DNA from: Phaeosaccion multiseriatum
Taxonomy: Eukaryota; Protista; Ochrophyta, other classes
Assembly: GCA_965112735.1 (NCBI GenBank)
Contig: OZ218952.1
Location: forward strand, 4,216,001-4,280,000
Length of the DNA stretch: 64,000 nucleotides
Direction of reading: 5' to 3'
Under the pieces are notes generated by a model. The model had not been told where the DNA came from. It saw only the letters and a list, made by a program, of their open reading frames with translations, and did no database searches. A program made the position numbers and the translations under genes. The first letter of the stretch is position 1, and each line of letters opens with the position of its first letter. Positions 61,629 through 64,000 of this stretch are shown here, in pieces.

Positions 61629-63745
61629 TCAAAGCAGAGAGAAGCTACTCGATTCCTCATCGTCGGACGCCGCCTGCCATTGCCCCTTATTCTTGTTGCT
61701 GTTGAACGTGCCGAGTCGAGAAGGAGGAGGTACATCAGTAGTAGCAGCAGCAGCGGTGCCTTTACCGCCTTTGCCTATGCCTTTGCCTTTGTCGTTGCCG
61801 GATTTGCCCAAGGGGGGAGACTGCTGCTCTACATAGACTCTCGACGAGGACGAGGCCCGCCGTCGACTAAGTCTCAACCCTATCAACACCCCACAAAGGA
61901 ACACAACGACGAGCCCGCCGAGTATGGCCACCCACAAGTCCATCAACGATTCCAACCGTGTCCAGAAGCCATCCTCCTCCTCTTCCTCCTCTTCCTCGTC
62001 TCCCCCCAACACCACAGTAATATCGTAGTGCAGCACTGCCCACTCGGTCGGCTGCGAGTCAACGTACAGACCCGCGAAGCTGCGAATGAACTCCCATAAC
62101 GCACTGAGGACGAGGGAAGAGTCGTCATCGTCGAAGGCCGCTTGCAGTTGAGCCGCTCCATCTGTGGCGTCGGTTTCCGAGGCAAAGTCTTTCACTATGA
62201 AGCTCACCACCATCACGGTGGTGGTGGTGGTGGTGCTGCTGCTGCTGTCACTCCTCACCGCGCTTGCGCTCGACGAGGTTATATTTGATGATGCAGTCTG
62301 GAATATTGGCGATGATGCAGTCTGAAGTATTGGCGGTGCTGCCAGTGTCCCCCCCCTCCGCCGCTGCTGCTCGTCCCTTGGGTTGTAGTGATGGTTGCTG
62401 TCGGCCTCTCTTCTGGCTGCTTGGCTCGACAGCGTCCGGAGCTCCCCCTCCTCTCTCTGCTCCTCCTCCTCTCTCTGCTCCTCCTGCTGCTCCTCCTCCT
62501 CCTCCTCCTCCTCCTGCTCCTCCTCCTGCTCCTCCTCCTCCTCCTCCTCCTCCTCCTCCTCCTCCTCCTCCTCCTCCTCCTCCTCCTCCTCCTCCTCCTC
62601 CTCCTCCTCCTCCTCCTCCTCCTCCTCCTCCTCCTCCTCCTCCTCCTCCTCCTCCTCCTCCTCCTCCTCCTCCTCCTCCTCCTCCTCCTCCTCCTCCTCC
62701 TCCTCCTGCTGCTGCTGCTCCTCCTCCTCCTCCTCCTCCTCCTCCTCCTCCTCCTCCTCCTCCTCCTCCTCCTCTCCTCCTCCTCCTCCTCCTCCTCCTC
62801 CTCCTCCTCCTCCTTCTCCTCCTCCTCCTTCTCCTCCTCCTCCTCCTCCTCCTCCTCCTCCTCCTCCTCCTCCTCCTCCTCCTCCTTCTCCTCCTCTTCC
62901 TTCTTCTCCTCCTCCTCCTCCTCCTCCTCCTCCTCCTCCTCCTCCTCCTCCTCCTCCTCCTCCTCCTCCTGCCTTTGCCCGTGCCCATGCCTTGCGGCTC
63001 GCTGCTGTCGCGACACCACCATCCGTCTCCTTCTACTGGACCCACCCCCACCACCACTCCCTACTACCGACGACGAGGAGGAGAAGGAGGAGGAGCTGCC
63101 GTCCTCCACACTAATGATGGTCACATCCCCCGCCAAAGCGCCGGTGATGAGCGTAGTGATTGCCACCTGCATAGCGCCAAGCACGCCAGCAGTGTCCACA
63201 AAGCTCGCGTCTTCCCCACTCATACCAAAGCTCCCCAAAATGTAGCTTCCGCTAGTGGGCAGGGGGTAAGGGGTTGAAGCTACCGTCGGCGTCTGCACAG
63301 AGGGAGTGAGCGAAAGGTTGCACAGCCACACAAAGCAACGCAACGCGAGGGCAAGGGGCGGTGCGGTGGGGGAGGCACAGGGGGGAGGACGTAAGACAGG
63401 AAGGGAGCTGCTGCTGCTGCTGGCTGTATCACCAACTGCTGCTGCTGGCTGTATCACCAACTGCTGCTGCTGCTGCTGCTGCCGAGAGTCTTGATGTAAT
63501 CTATGAAGCTAGTGCCATGCAGTGCCATACACTGCCATACACGATCGTGCCATTACTATGTACAGCTAGGTGCCATACGGGGCGCGTTCAGCACGTCAGC
63601 AATCAGCACACATGAGGGCTCCCCCCCCTGGCCTCAGTGACTTACTGGCCTCACTGACTTACTGGCCTCATTACTGTCCTCAGTGACTTACTGCTGTCGG
63701 TGCTGGGCTCGGCGCAGCGGTAGGGGCCGATGTCGGTGCCTGAGA
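61629..63745 (-). CDS. 3' part of a type I membrane/surface protein (PTxAP mucin-like repeats, SEA-like module, poly-Glu, one TM helix); 5' end outside the window
   Basis: Exon APTSAPTAAPSPAPTA, then TPTVASTP...VTIISVEDG...RRRR, a poly-E tract with one frameshift near 62773, VMVVSFIV, and a TM helix LWVAILGGLVVVFLCGVLIGL followed by RLSRRR. Confidence 0.55.
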
Positions 63746-63759
63746 GCAAGTGATGGATG

Positions 63760-63935
63760 AGGGATGGCAGAGGATAGCAGCGGATGGCAGAGGATGGTAG
63801 AGGATAGCAGAGGATGGCAGAGGATGGATGAGGATGCAGTGGATGGCAGAGGATGGCAGAGGACGGATGAGGATGGCAGAGGATGGATGAGGATGGCAGT
63901 GGATGGCAGAGGATGGCAGAGGATGGCAGAGGATG
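63760..63935. repeat. Intronic (GGATGGCAGA)n minisatellite
   Basis: Seen directly in the sequence. Confidence 0.9.
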
Positions 63936-64000
63936 AGTAAGAGATGCATAACACATATTTGAGGCGAGTCGAACAGATCAGAGGCGAGTCGAACAGATCA

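Noticed and set aside
63961-64000. 20-bp tandem repeat GAGGCGAGTCGAACAGATCA x2
   Set aside because: It is truncated by the window edge and cannot be interpreted.

Overview
This is intron-rich, microsatellite-rich eukaryotic nuclear DNA. The organism is most likely a flagellated photosynthetic stramenopile (ochrophyte). That is an inference from bipartite signal peptides with an aromatic +1 residue, a diatom-type UDP-glucose pyrophosphorylase and a flagellar central-pair gene. I spliced about 13 genes by hand using GT-AG junctions and checked reading phase. In order: UGPase (partial, -); plastid-targeted ABHD10-like hydrolase with no catalytic Ser (-); uncharacterised DxD type II membrane protein (+); choline transporter-like SLC44 (-); MGC-acylated ankyrin protein (+); 19-exon GT61 glycosyltransferase-sulfotransferase fusion (+); protein with a duplicated unknown domain plus ankyrin and TPR (+); sirtuin (+); CFAP119 (-); ISCA1 (+); STT3 with a C-terminal WSC-like domain (-); SLC17-type MFS transporter (+); partial surface protein (-). 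The window also holds a 199-bp MITE with TIRs and a TSD, degenerate ORFs and a ~240-unit (AAG)n tract. The most notable observations are the GT61-sulfotransferase fusion, the STT3-WSC-like fusion, an 11-bp motif (TATCACCAACT) embedded repeatedly in unrelated microsatellites, and recurrent duplications of splice-donor junctions. There are no rRNA, tRNA or CRISPR features. All family assignments come from motif recognition; no database search was run.
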